Position numbers and translations under genes: made by a program. From a virus: 64,000 bases of DNA. The stretch is from IMG/VR virus record IMGVR_UViG_3300027782_000035; one strand, written 5' to 3'. Below are positions 54,789 to 64,000 of the stretch, one piece after another. How positions within the stretch are numbered: the stretch's first letter is position 1; each line of letters opens with the position of its first letter. The notes under the pieces were generated by a model. That model ran no database searches. It had not been told where the DNA came from and saw only the letters and a list, made by a program, of their open reading frames with translations.

Positions 54789-56399
54789 TTAGAAGTTAGC
54801 AAGTACTTGCTCACTGTCTGTATTTCCATCATTATAAAATCCGAATGGTGTTAGCTGATCCTCGATCATCTTAATTTTATTTTCGTATATCACTTGTCTA
54901 ATATTTATATTACTTAATTCTTTGAAATATGAATTAGTCGTTGCCCACGAAAATAAAACAAGAGGCATAACTAAATCATCATGGTATCCATCATCTGCTT
55001 CAAATGAATTCTTCTTTTGTATGAAAGTCGAGATTTCGGATATGATATCAGCATCAGGAATTAGAAGTTTCTTTTCCTCAACCAAAGTCTTGAAGTTAGA
55101 ACATCCAATTCTTTTAACTTTCTTGTCAGTAGTAACTCCAAACTGAGTTTTACCTCCACCAAATCCGCCAGATATTACTTGTCCGTCTGTGTTTCTGTTT
55201 ACCATTATCAAATTGTCATATTCATACTCATTATATAGAATGTCTGCAACCTGCTCTGAGCTATTAATTTCTACAAGAACATATGCGTTATTATATTCCT
55301 TTGCGACGGTGTATATGACCGTTGGGTATAGCAAAGGACTAATCTTATTATCACGATATTTTCCTACAACCTTATAAGGCATGGTTGTCATATCTATTAT
55401 AACAAATGCTGAATAGTCTCCATCTACTCCTTTTGCAGTATCTGCAACTATACAGTATGCCTTGTCTTCTCCATCAGAAGCTCTAGCAGGCTTTTCATAA
55501 ACATCCAATCCGTCCTTACTATATATGATGTCTCCAGGAGACATTTGTGATATAGCATTAGCTGATACGAGCGTAAGACTAGAGCCAAGGAACTTACATA
55601 ATACCTCTTGGTTAAACTTAAGATCACCTAGAAGTTTATGTTGTTCAGTCGCCCATTTTTCATCACGCCCAGGAATGTCGGTATAAGGAATAAACAATGT
55701 GACAAATCCATTACGTCCTTTCTCAGCATCATTCCAGAATTTCCAAAAGTGATTATAGCCAAGAGGTGTAGAACTTAATAGAATCTTTGTAGTTTGACCT
55801 GCAGAAATTGTAGGATAAACAGAAGTAAAGAATTGCTCAGCAACCGTGTTTGGAATAATTGCAGCTTCGTCAACATACAACATGTTTACAGATTTACCAC
55901 GAATACCAGATGTAGTAGTTGCTGAAGTGAATACCTTAGATCCATTCTCTAATTCAATGTCACCTTTATTCCAAGTTACAACACCTTGCTGCATCCACTT
56001 TGGAAGCATTTCATACATCACTTGATAACGATCAAGAACTTCTCGAGCTGCACTTGCTTTGTTAGCAAGAATAGCAACTGACTTATTTGCTTGAAACAAT
56101 GTATACCAAAGAATGTATGCAGCAGAGGAAGTCGTCTTACCTTGTTGGCGTCCTTCCATGAGGATAACCATACGATTACTATGTATAACATTAATCTTAT
56201 TGACTTGACATGGGTACAACTTAAACAACTGTAGACCATTATCAAGAGTTACGATATAGCAATAGTTCTCGATGAAGTAGATTGGATCTTCCGCACACTT
56301 CATGTACTCTTCAAGTTGATCCTTGTCAAAGGATATGACTTGACCAGCACTCTTTAGATTAGAGTTAGAATTATAAAACTTTACATCATTGATTGCCAT
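54789..56399 (-). CDS. gp17: terminase large subunit
   Basis: RQQGKTT, YVDEAA, STP.G.NHF, HDDLVM. Confidence 0.97.
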   Translation of the reverse strand: MAINDVKFYNSNSNLKSAGQVISFDKDQLEEYMKCAEDPIYFIENYCYIVTLDNGLQLFKLYPCQVNKINVIHSNRMVILMEGRQQGKTTSSAAYILWYTLFQANKSVAILANKASAAREVLDRYQVMYEMLPKWMQQGVVTWNKGDIELENGSKVFTSATTTSGIRGKSVNMLYVDEAAIIPNTVAEQFFTSVYPTISAGQTTKILLSSTPLGYNHFWKFWNDAEKGRNGFVTLFIPYTDIPGRDEKWATEQHKLLGDLKFNQEVLCKFLGSSLTLVSANAISQMSPGDIIYSKDGLDVYEKPARASDGEDKAYCIVADTAKGVDGDYSAFVIIDMTTMPYKVVGKYRDNKISPLLYPTVIYTVAKEYNNAYVLVEINSSEQVADILYNEYEYDNLIMVNRNTDGQVISGGFGGGKTQFGVTTDKKVKRIGCSNFKTLVEEKKLLIPDADIISEISTFIQKKNSFEADDGYHDDLVMPLVLFSWATTNSYFKELSNINIRQVIYENKIKMIEDQLTPFGFYNDGNTDSEQVLANF

Positions 56400-56405
56400 G
56401 CTATA

Positions 56406-57128
56406 TTAATATTCATCCCAGGAATTTGTCGTATTTCCCGTAGTAGTATTACCCTGTTGTTCTAAAGCAGCAAGAGACGTTAAGTCAGTATTATTAGTAT
56501 TGACAAATATAGTCTTAACGATATCGCCATTTTGAACTGGTCCGTACATCCATGCCTTGATAGTAAAGTTGAATGTATATGTTACGAATCTTCTAGTCTG
56601 AAAGTCGCCATCGTATTCATCACTCATAGTTACAGAATTCAATATAACTGGAACATCACTTTTGATATTCGAATCAGGAATTACATTAATAACCATTGTT
56701 AATTCTGGAGAGAAGTACGGAACTATTTGTTCCATAATCTGAAGACCATCTTCTGATGTCTTAGCGAGGGCATATAAACTTATCTCAATATTATATGGTA
56801 CTGGAGCATAAGTCTTCTTAGTAAGATTAGGAGTAGAACATGTTATAAATGATGTTCTATTAAACTTACGTTGAGCATCATAACTAAATCCTGTAATTTC
56901 AAATGCCATTCTTGGTAATACTGTATATACATGATTCTCAAGAGAAGAATCTTGTTCAATTCTGACTAACCATTTTTCCTTTGGTGCATACGTAATAGGC
57001 ACTGCTATCGTCTGTTGCTGACTCTTATCGGCATTCTCACGCTTGATTTTGATGTCACTAAATAAACTACCAAATGCTACAATAGTTTTTCTTGTAATGC
57101 CGTGATAAAAAATATCATTGTTCAACAT
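56406..57128 (-). CDS. gp15: tail sheath stabiliser
   Basis: FG.LF.DI, VP..YAPKEK, LPRM.FE, QI.EQI.PYF.P. Confidence 0.92.
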   Translation of the reverse strand: MLNNDIFYHGITRKTIVAFGSLFSDIKIKRENADKSQQQTIAVPITYAPKEKWLVRIEQDSSLENHVYTVLPRMAFEITGFSYDAQRKFNRTSFITCSTPNLTKKTYAPVPYNIEISLYALAKTSEDGLQIMEQIVPYFSPELTMVINVIPDSNIKSDVPVILNSVTMSDEYDGDFQTRRFVTYTFNFTIKAWMYGPVQNGDIVKTIFVNTNNTDLTSLAALEQQGNTTTGNTTNSWDEY

Positions 57129-57131
57129 GTG

Positions 57132-58040
57132 TTAATCTCCAAACGGATTAGAGGTATCAAACACATGAGTTATAGCTTCTTGTTTGAACGATGTATTGCT
57201 GCCAAATGAATTTGGATTATCTACATTAATATGTATTGTTGCTACAGCTACAGCTGTAACTCCTGATGCTGGAGATGATATCGTCACAGTTGGAATAGAA
57301 GTATATTGAGATCCCGCATTAGTGATGGTAATTGCAATTACTTTTCCAGCATTAGATCCAGTTCCTAAAGTTGCCACTGCAGTAGCACCTAAACCTCCTC
57401 CATCACTTATCGTTACAGTTGGAATAGAAGTATAACCAGAACCATTATTAGTTACATTTATGCTCAACACTTCACCATATACAGATCTTGTGACATCAGT
57501 GGAAAAAGTTTTAAGAGATTCGAAAGTATCAATATCCGCATTACCAGTCTCAATTTTCTCAGAGCTATACTGGAACAACTCTACTTGTAAGCGATATACG
57601 TATAGTTTCTTGAGTTGATAAAATGGATCTTGGTGATCTACAAACTTAATCTCAAATAAACCTCTTGTTAATGGGAAATATAATAGATCACCTTCAGCTG
57701 GACGATTAGGCAAGATGATGTCATTGTGCTTTCCTACAAACCTTTCCCATGTCCTACGTGCAACAGTAAGTGTTGCAGACTGTTCCATCATCAGACCAAA
57801 CTTTTGAATGAATGCGCCTTGACCCGCAAATCCATCTACTGTCTCAAGATACATATCGATAGGATACGCGTCTTGAAACTTCGACATACGGTCTTCTCCG
57901 AGAATCTCGTCTTTAGCTACTAGAGTTCTAGGAATGTAAAACATTTCCTGACCATAGATAGAGATTGACTCTATCGTAAGATCTTCTAGTAGGTACTGTT
58001 CGTTCTTAGTACCGTGAGAAAAATAAACGTTACGTGCCAT
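57132..58040 (-). CDS. gp14: neck protein with C-terminal repeat insertion
   Basis: ESI.IYG..M.YIPR, P.EGDL.YFP, PFYQL, NPFG end. Confidence 0.92.
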   Translation of the reverse strand: MARNVYFSHGTKNEQYLLEDLTIESISIYGQEMFYIPRTLVAKDEILGEDRMSKFQDAYPIDMYLETVDGFAGQGAFIQKFGLMMEQSATLTVARRTWERFVGKHNDIILPNRPAEGDLLYFPLTRGLFEIKFVDHQDPFYQLKKLYVYRLQVELFQYSSEKIETGNADIDTFESLKTFSTDVTRSVYGEVLSINVTNNGSGYTSIPTVTISDGGGLGATAVATLGTGSNAGKVIAITITNAGSQYTSIPTVTISSPASGVTAVAVATIHINVDNPNSFGSNTSFKQEAITHVFDTSNPFGD

Positions 58041-58041
58041 A

Positions 58042-58782
58042 TTAGCCCATGAAGAATTCTAAAGGAGCTGACTTTGTTAATAAGTTATCTTCTAGTTTTT
58101 CTATTTCTGTAACAGCTTCTTGATATAACCTATCTCCATCGATAGTTACACCACCTGGAAGTTGCATTCCCTGAAACTTCTTGATGTTAGTGGCCCATTG
58201 CTTTTTAATCAAAGCAGTCGTATAGTGCTTCAACCACGAATCACCATACATTCTTGGTGCATCAGTTGGATCTAAAACTCTATAACACTCTACAAGAAGA
58301 AAGGTACCAGGTTGAATATTTTCTTGCCATTGTTCTTCAATATAAAGCTTATTTGTTAATCGATTGAAACGATATAATGGATGGCCGTTAAGTGTTAAAT
58401 CTAATAGCGAAAGATGAGCCATCACTTGTGTATAATAAATGACTGACGTAGCAGTCAGATCATATAAATCGTTTAGTCTTAATTGATACTGTAGATCAAA
58501 AATAGACTTAGATGTTGAGGTCCCTGATGCAATTGGGAATACGCGAGTTACGCCATAAACCAAATCTGGCACTGGAATATATCTATTAGTCACATCTGTT
58601 GTAGTGACAAGATGTTTTAGATAAACTTTCTCGATACCATCGAAGTGATACTGTCGGAAATACTCAATAGCCTCATCTACTCTATCTTCGACCTGAGCAT
58701 CGTCAATATTAATCTCGACAACAGGTTCACCTAATTCTCTTAGGCACCAGTCGATTAATCCTTGTCTTGTTGTTACGGCCAT
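58042..58782 (-). CDS. gp13: neck protein
   Basis: LG.PV.EIN...Q.EDR, WL..Y.TALIK.QW..N..KF.G.QLPGG. Confidence 0.95.
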   Translation of the reverse strand: MAVTTRQGLIDWCLRELGEPVVEINIDDAQVEDRVDEAIEYFRQYHFDGIEKVYLKHLVTTTDVTNRYIPVPDLVYGVTRVFPIASGTSTSKSIFDLQYQLRLNDLYDLTATSVIYYTQVMAHLSLLDLTLNGHPLYRFNRLTNKLYIEEQWQENIQPGTFLLVECYRVLDPTDAPRMYGDSWLKHYTTALIKKQWATNIKKFQGMQLPGGVTIDGDRLYQEAVTEIEKLEDNLLTKSAPLEFFMG

Positions 58783-58805
58783 GTTCTTCCTTAGTTATCT
58801 TATAT

Positions 58806-61800
58806 TTATTGTGCTTCAGATATCAACTTATTAATTAAAGTGCTGCCAAATATACTATCTAATGTTCTTCCAGAACCATTGTATACCATAGAAGCATTAG
58901 CATTTGTCGTAGTAGTCGCATAAATTACTATGACAGAACCGGTTAGCAGCAATGTTGCTTGCGATATATCACCTGCACGAGTTGCATACATATTCGCTAT
59001 ATTAATTGTGTAATCACCACCTGAATATGTTACTCTAGATCCTGCAAATATTGTAAACTGACTTGTAGTAACAGTCATTGTCACAGCACTTCCATTTGTA
59101 GTAGATACTACAGTAAATGAATTATATCCATTCGTACTAGATATTTTTACGCTTTGTGCTCCACTGGTGTACGCAGTTCCATTTATAGTAATAGAACCAC
59201 CACCACTTGGAGTGATAGTTATATTTTGTCCAACATAATAACTATGATTAGAAGTTGTAATCGTTCCAGTAGATGTTATGTTACTAGCAGTAACAATACT
59301 TCCATTTATCATTTCTGATGTTAGTGAACTGCCGTTTATAGTTTTCAGAAGAGATAGATCTACTCTATCTCCTGCGTTCGCGCTAACATCTAACATCTTT
59401 GTTTTAGAAATACCAGAACTTGCGCCAATACCACCAGCAACAATTAGCACGTCATCATTAGTGCCGCTAGTCATATTAACACCAACGCCGTCTGTTACAC
59501 TCATAACAGACGCATTGACTAAAATATCTGAATCGGTGCTAGCACTTAAAAGTATTGGGTATATAGAATCATATACACCAACTGCTAATAAAGAGTCACT
59601 TCCTACTTGACTATAAAGTCTAGGTGCTGTTGCACTATTAGTAGCATAGGATATTTTGCTATTGTCGCGATAAACAATAAGTTTATCTGGTTGATCGAAA
59701 AAAGCGACTACTGCCAAACCTACGCGACCATATAAGGTTACTGTAATCCCTACGTATGTCGCATTACTATTTGAATCAAAATAATAAGAGCTTATGTTAA
59801 TACCCGTTAAAGAAGCTGCAGCAATTCCTGGTTCTAAGTATAATCCAAATTTATCGCCTCGTGGCGCCCCCAGCGTCGGGCCTACTGCTTCTACTGAAGG
59901 CGCTGTTGCACCTGCATAATACTTTGTGATATAAACAATATCATCATTTGCTATTTGATTAAACGCATCTTGAATTGTGGAATAACCACCAGCACCAACT
60001 ATGCGCACTCTTAGTGTACTAGTAATTTGCAAATATGAAATACCACTTATTGAACTACTTACTCCAGTAAATGGATTTGTGTAAATTATTTTTTCAGTGC
60101 CATTATCGATATACGAAACTAAAATCTTATCAAGATTATTAGGTACTGGTTTAATTTGTTTCTTTGAGAAAATACCATGAACATGTCGCTGACCAATAGA
60201 TAATGAAGTAAATGACTGCGGAATATTAATTAGTTGCGGAGTAGAATAACCACATCTATAACTATACTCGTAATCAAGAGGTATAGATGTAGTAGAAACC
60301 CATGTATCATAAGTGGTAACATACGTCGGAGTTGGAACGTCAAATTTATTAAAGATATTCATGGCTGTCTTTCGACATTCACCTATGTCATGCTCTACAA
60401 CCGAACCCCACATATATACAGAACCAGATGTCGTTAATGCGCCAGCTAAATATTTTCCATTACTGTACACTTCATTCCAGTTTGTAGCTGTTCCTATCTG
60501 TGTAAATGACGTTACGCTATACGGTGTATCCCCAAGACCTAGGGTTCCATTTTGACCCCATCCAATTCCCCATAGCGTACCATTTTTCTTTACAGCAAGA
60601 ATACATCGCGAACATACTGCTATAGACTTCCATCCTATAGCGTCAGTAGCAAGAATTACAAATCCATCTTTTCTTGTTACTCCTGCTGCAGTGCCGCTAT
60701 TATGAATACTTAAATACTGGTAAGTTATTCCAATGCCAGCTTTGAGGCCATTATAATATATCTGCGTGCCATCTTTAGAAATAGCTACATGCATATTATT
60801 ATTATGCTTTACTGTGAGCCAATCTATAGGATCATCATAATCATCGTAAAAAGTATAAGAGTTATTTACTATAACCCAATAGCCGTCTTTCAGTGGACTA
60901 GTTGAAAAAGGAGTTCCAGTTGTAGCTTCGCCAGCAGCGCCAAAATCTTTAGGACCCCATACAGCATAGGCGTAACCAGAAGGATACTCTGTGGTTTGAT
61001 AAAGAACACTACTTTTTGCATTAAAATGAATTACTGCTGCGTGTGTATCTATTAATTTTACGTATGTTCCATTATATGTACTGCTATAGTAAAAAAAGCT
61101 AGCGAAGAGAGTTGGTGTTTTCATAACCATAGTACCATACGAAGAAGTGATAACTTCGTTACTTCTATCGCAGCCAAATGCTAAACCTGGCGTAGCTGCC
61201 GATAACATGCCAGTTCTATAAATTTGCCCATTGTTTTTAAGAAGTGTACTAGTTCCTCTGCACAAATACTTGTCTATTCCGGACCACCAAAATGTTCCAT
61301 TTTGGTTTATATCTGATGCAGCTATTGGGTAATTGCTAGTATCAATAGTTCGGGCAGTATATGGGAAATCTGTATCTTGTAGAGATAATCTTTTAGAAGA
61401 CATTCTAGACGTTCCAGCTATAACATCTTCCCAATCATAACTAGTACCAATTTGTGTTGGAGTAAATTTATCTTCAAATACATCATAAAAAATCTTGCTT
61501 GAATTATATGATAAGAATGCAAACACACTAGAATCTAAACTTATGTTTCCTCCAGTGGATGAATAACTGTGCTCAGGATATGAATCTCTTCTATATGGCC
61601 ATCCCGAAGAACTTAAAGATGAGTGAACATTATTAAAACAAAATAGATTAGTAATTTGACCATTATCACCGACTATATGGCTAACTGCTGCTGATATAGT
61701 AGATGTTGCTGGTAAACCTATTGTTGTAGGATCTATTTTTGTAAAAATAGAAGTTGCAGCGTCATACTTTACCATGCAACCGCCGTCTCCACTCATGTAT

Positions 61801-63140
61801 AATATTCCAGTCATAGAATCATGTACAACTGAACGAAGACTTCTACATGATAATGTAGCTATATTTATTTCAGTCCAAGTTACGCCAAGGTCGTCACTAT
61901 ATACTAACACGGCTTGAATTTCAAGCGAAGAGGTAGTATTAGAACCTACTGCATAAAGTCTATTGCGGTTTTGATCCCATGTTATGCTTTTAAAATGGTA
62001 ATTTCCATAAGGATCTAACATAGTAAACGTAGTTTTATCAGTCCATGTGACTCCGTCATTAGTAGAATATTTAATAGTATTAGAGTCACCGACCATAATA
62101 AATCTAGATATAGATGTTGGATTTACTGACACATCGCCAGTTGCACCAGTAGGTCTTTTGTTTGATATTGCAATGACTTGATTTAAATTTACAAACCCAA
62201 CTTGAGATGCCGAGAATCCAGGATTGCTATTGGCTGTACCAGCTGCAACTTGTCCAGCAATATTGGAGCATCTTATAACTTGTCCAACATTTCCAACTAA
62301 AATTAAAGAACCATTATCCAGTGCAGCTGCTGAATTAACACTCTGTGTTAAATCATTCGCACCCCACGTAGTCCATTGACCAGCAGAAGCAGATGCTACA
62401 GGATCAAATGTGAAAGCATTGCTCTCATTAATATTACTACTTAGCGAGATAAGACCTCTGCCAAAAACACCGGCGTTAACACCTGAGTTAAAACCATATG
62501 CAACATATCTCATGTTATACTTGGTTCTATAATCACTACTAGTATTAATTTTTATTATACCTTTGAAGTTAATGCCGCTCGTGTTATGATAACCATAATT
62601 AAATGCCGTTGTTACATCTGTTTTAGTAGGTATTGTGCGAATAGTATTTCCAGGATTACGATAACTTTGGAAAATTAAACCATTAGTCCCAACTCCAACT
62701 ATAGATTCATCGTGAGGATCACTGTGTATTCCATATGTAACTCCAGTAGCAACACCGCTAGTGAATGTTAATGACTTAGTACCAATAGTTTTATCAGTGC
62801 CAAGTTCTCCATGTTTATTACTTCCCCATCCCCACAAGCTTCCATCAGTTGCAATTGCGTGAGTGTGGTTACTTCCTGCAGAAATTTTCTTAAACTTTGT
62901 AGTCTTTCCAACACCTGAAGGAACTACAGATTGCGGGTATGAAGTAGAAGAGTTTGTACCATAAACATTATCTATAGAAGAACTGTTTGTAAGTTGTCCG
63001 CAGTCATTACGACCCCACGAATACACCAGGTTATTTGTGGAAATCTTATCAACGCTAAGCGTTAAGTCGTCAATAGACATGGTGTATTCCGAAGGAACAT
63101 ATCCTGCTACTGAAAAGGTTTTCTTTAAATTAGAAGTCAT
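58806..63140 (-). CDS. large probable virion protein with RCC1-like and Asp-box propeller repeats
   Basis: WGRN..GQL, DGSLWGWGSN..GELG, YSTNDGVTW, YSDDLGVTW. Confidence 0.75.
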   Translation of the reverse strand: MTSNLKKTFSVAGYVPSEYTMSIDDLTLSVDKISTNNLVYSWGRNDCGQLTNSSSIDNVYGTNSSTSYPQSVVPSGVGKTTKFKKISAGSNHTHAIATDGSLWGWGSNKHGELGTDKTIGTKSLTFTSGVATGVTYGIHSDPHDESIVGVGTNGLIFQSYRNPGNTIRTIPTKTDVTTAFNYGYHNTSGINFKGIIKINTSSDYRTKYNMRYVAYGFNSGVNAGVFGRGLISLSSNINESNAFTFDPVASASAGQWTTWGANDLTQSVNSAAALDNGSLILVGNVGQVIRCSNIAGQVAAGTANSNPGFSASQVGFVNLNQVIAISNKRPTGATGDVSVNPTSISRFIMVGDSNTIKYSTNDGVTWTDKTTFTMLDPYGNYHFKSITWDQNRNRLYAVGSNTTSSLEIQAVLVYSDDLGVTWTEINIATLSCRSLRSVVHDSMTGILYMSGDGGCMVKYDAATSIFTKIDPTTIGLPATSTISAAVSHIVGDNGQITNLFCFNNVHSSLSSSGWPYRRDSYPEHSYSSTGGNISLDSSVFAFLSYNSSKIFYDVFEDKFTPTQIGTSYDWEDVIAGTSRMSSKRLSLQDTDFPYTARTIDTSNYPIAASDINQNGTFWWSGIDKYLCRGTSTLLKNNGQIYRTGMLSAATPGLAFGCDRSNEVITSSYGTMVMKTPTLFASFFYYSSTYNGTYVKLIDTHAAVIHFNAKSSVLYQTTEYPSGYAYAVWGPKDFGAAGEATTGTPFSTSPLKDGYWVIVNNSYTFYDDYDDPIDWLTVKHNNNMHVAISKDGTQIYYNGLKAGIGITYQYLSIHNSGTAAGVTRKDGFVILATDAIGWKSIAVCSRCILAVKKNGTLWGIGWGQNGTLGLGDTPYSVTSFTQIGTATNWNEVYSNGKYLAGALTTSGSVYMWGSVVEHDIGECRKTAMNIFNKFDVPTPTYVTTYDTWVSTTSIPLDYEYSYRCGYSTPQLINIPQSFTSLSIGQRHVHGIFSKKQIKPVPNNLDKILVSYIDNGTEKIIYTNPFTGVSSSISGISYLQITSTLRVRIVGAGGYSTIQDAFNQIANDDIVYITKYYAGATAPSVEAVGPTLGAPRGDKFGLYLEPGIAAASLTGINISSYYFDSNSNATYVGITVTLYGRVGLAVVAFFDQPDKLIVYRDNSKISYATNSATAPRLYSQVGSDSLLAVGVYDSIYPILLSASTDSDILVNASVMSVTDGVGVNMTSGTNDDVLIVAGGIGASSGISKTKMLDVSANAGDRVDLSLLKTINGSSLTSEMINGSIVTASNITSTGTITTSNHSYYVGQNITITPSGGGSITINGTAYTSGAQSVKISSTNGYNSFTVVSTTNGSAVTMTVTTSQFTIFAGSRVTYSGGDYTINIANMYATRAGDISQATLLLTGSVIVIYATTTTNANASMVYNGSGRTLDSIFGSTLINKLISEAQ

Positions 63141-63150
63141 TATATTCTCA

Positions 63151-64000
63151 TTAAATAATAGAATCTAATCTATTTAGCAATACTACGTTATAGTCTGGTA
63201 AGAAATCACCTGCAACAATAATTCCATCTATTGTAGAAGGTACTGATTTTCGCGTTTTCTTCCCAGCAAATCCATTACTAAGAGGAGTTGCTTCCCACCA
63301 TGAACCGGCAGCATCGGCCCAAATCATGGTGTGTCCATCGTGTCTTATACCTATCGTTTGTCCTGGCGCGCATAAAATTTTCTTAAATACACCCATTGTG
63401 CTAGACACAGATTCAATTAGAGTAGGTGCGGATGTGTTTGCGGCACCTAACAAAGTGCCAGGTCTATCTAATCCCCATGCATATAACTGACCATTTTTAT
63501 TAATTGCATAAGAACCGCCAATAGTTCCATATATGCTTTCCCAATCTGTACTAGTTCCAATTTGCGTAGGAACGTTTGCTATTGCAGCAGTCGCTGCAGT
63601 TCTTCCTAATACACTTCCGCTACTAGAAGGAGTGTAATATGCAGAAAATCTTTGTGCTCCCCAACTCCACAATGTTCCATTTGCTTTAATTGCTAGTGAG
63701 TGAAATTCACCACATGCAATATCACTCCAATCATTAGCAGTTCCTATTTGAATAGGTTGATAATTATTTGCTCCAGCTGTAGCTCTTCCAAGTAAATCAC
63801 ATCCAGTTTCGTCAGATAACGCGCCTCTACCCCACGTCCATAGCGTTCCATCATCTCGTATTGCAACGTTGTGATAATATGCACACGCGACTTTCTTCCA
63901 TCCATATGCTGCAGGGTATACTATTTGATTTGGTATATTACGGATTGCACCACCTGCAACACCAGCTTCTCCATAACCGTTAAGACCCCAAACCCACAAA
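63151..64000 (-). CDS. RCC1-repeat protein, 5' part outside window
   Basis: Repeated DGTLW.WG...P.QIGT..DW units. Confidence 0.8.
   Translation of the reverse strand, partial: LWVWGLNGYGEAGVAGGAIRNIPNQIVYPAAYGWKKVACAYYHNVAIRDDGTLWTWGRGALSDETGCDLLGRATAGANNYQPIQIGTANDWSDIACGEFHSLAIKANGTLWSWGAQRFSAYYTPSSSGSVLGRTAATAAIANVPTQIGTSTDWESIYGTIGGSYAINKNGQLYAWGLDRPGTLLGAANTSAPTLIESVSSTMGVFKKILCAPGQTIGIRHDGHTMIWADAAGSWWEATPLSNGFAGKKTRKSVPSTIDGIIVAGDFLPDYNVVLLNRLDSII

Noticed and set aside
2131-56399. Introns, inteins or stop-codon recoding in core genes
   Set aside because: nrdA, nrdB, gp41, gp43, gp17, gp20 and gp23 are uninterrupted, of normal length and read in the standard code.
629-60555. Plus-strand and nested alternative-frame ORFs in the track
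   Set aside because: They lie antisense to or inside well-supported genes, with no recognisable motifs; treated as shadow ORFs.
58806-64000. Diversity-generating retroelement target
   Set aside because: No reverse transcriptase and no template/variable repeat pair seen in the window.

Overview
This 64-kb window is part of a T4-like myovirus genome (Gram-negative host inferred from a spanin pair), AT-rich, with essentially all real genes on the minus strand. In transcription order it holds: two RCC1-repeat proteins; the virion block gp13-14-15-17-18-19-20-67-21-22-23-3; uvsY, uvsW, gp55, gp47, gp46; a VWA-peptidase/MoxR(CobS) module; gp45-44-62, regA, hsp20, gp43, uvsX, gp41; a MazG-like pyrophosphatase and an AEP-like primase; a cytosine-modification operon (dCMP hydroxymethylase, dCMP deaminase, alpha-glucosyltransferase, atypical C5-methyltransferase homologue); a cluster of probable capsid-packaged proteins (ligase-like enzyme, nucleotidyltransferase) with Dps; an expanded lysis cassette; and thyX, nrdA, trx, nrdB. 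A phage promoter family (TGTAC[A/T]-N17-TATAAT) and T4 late promoters (TATAAATA) are readable directly. The best candidates for new biology are: (1) a C5-MTase homologue with intact catalytic motifs but a remodelled SAM site inside an hmC/glucosylation operon; (2) a set of T4-CTS-tagged enzymes likely packaged and injected; (3) a VWA/MoxR module with a free-standing copy of the ATPase N-terminal domain and duplicated palindromic promoter cassettes; and (4) several cis RNA elements (terminator/pseudoknot, ROSE-like leader, antisense promoter). All calls come from motif recognition and synteny by eye; no searches were run. Several starts were moved from the ORF track to the RBS- or overlap-supported codon.
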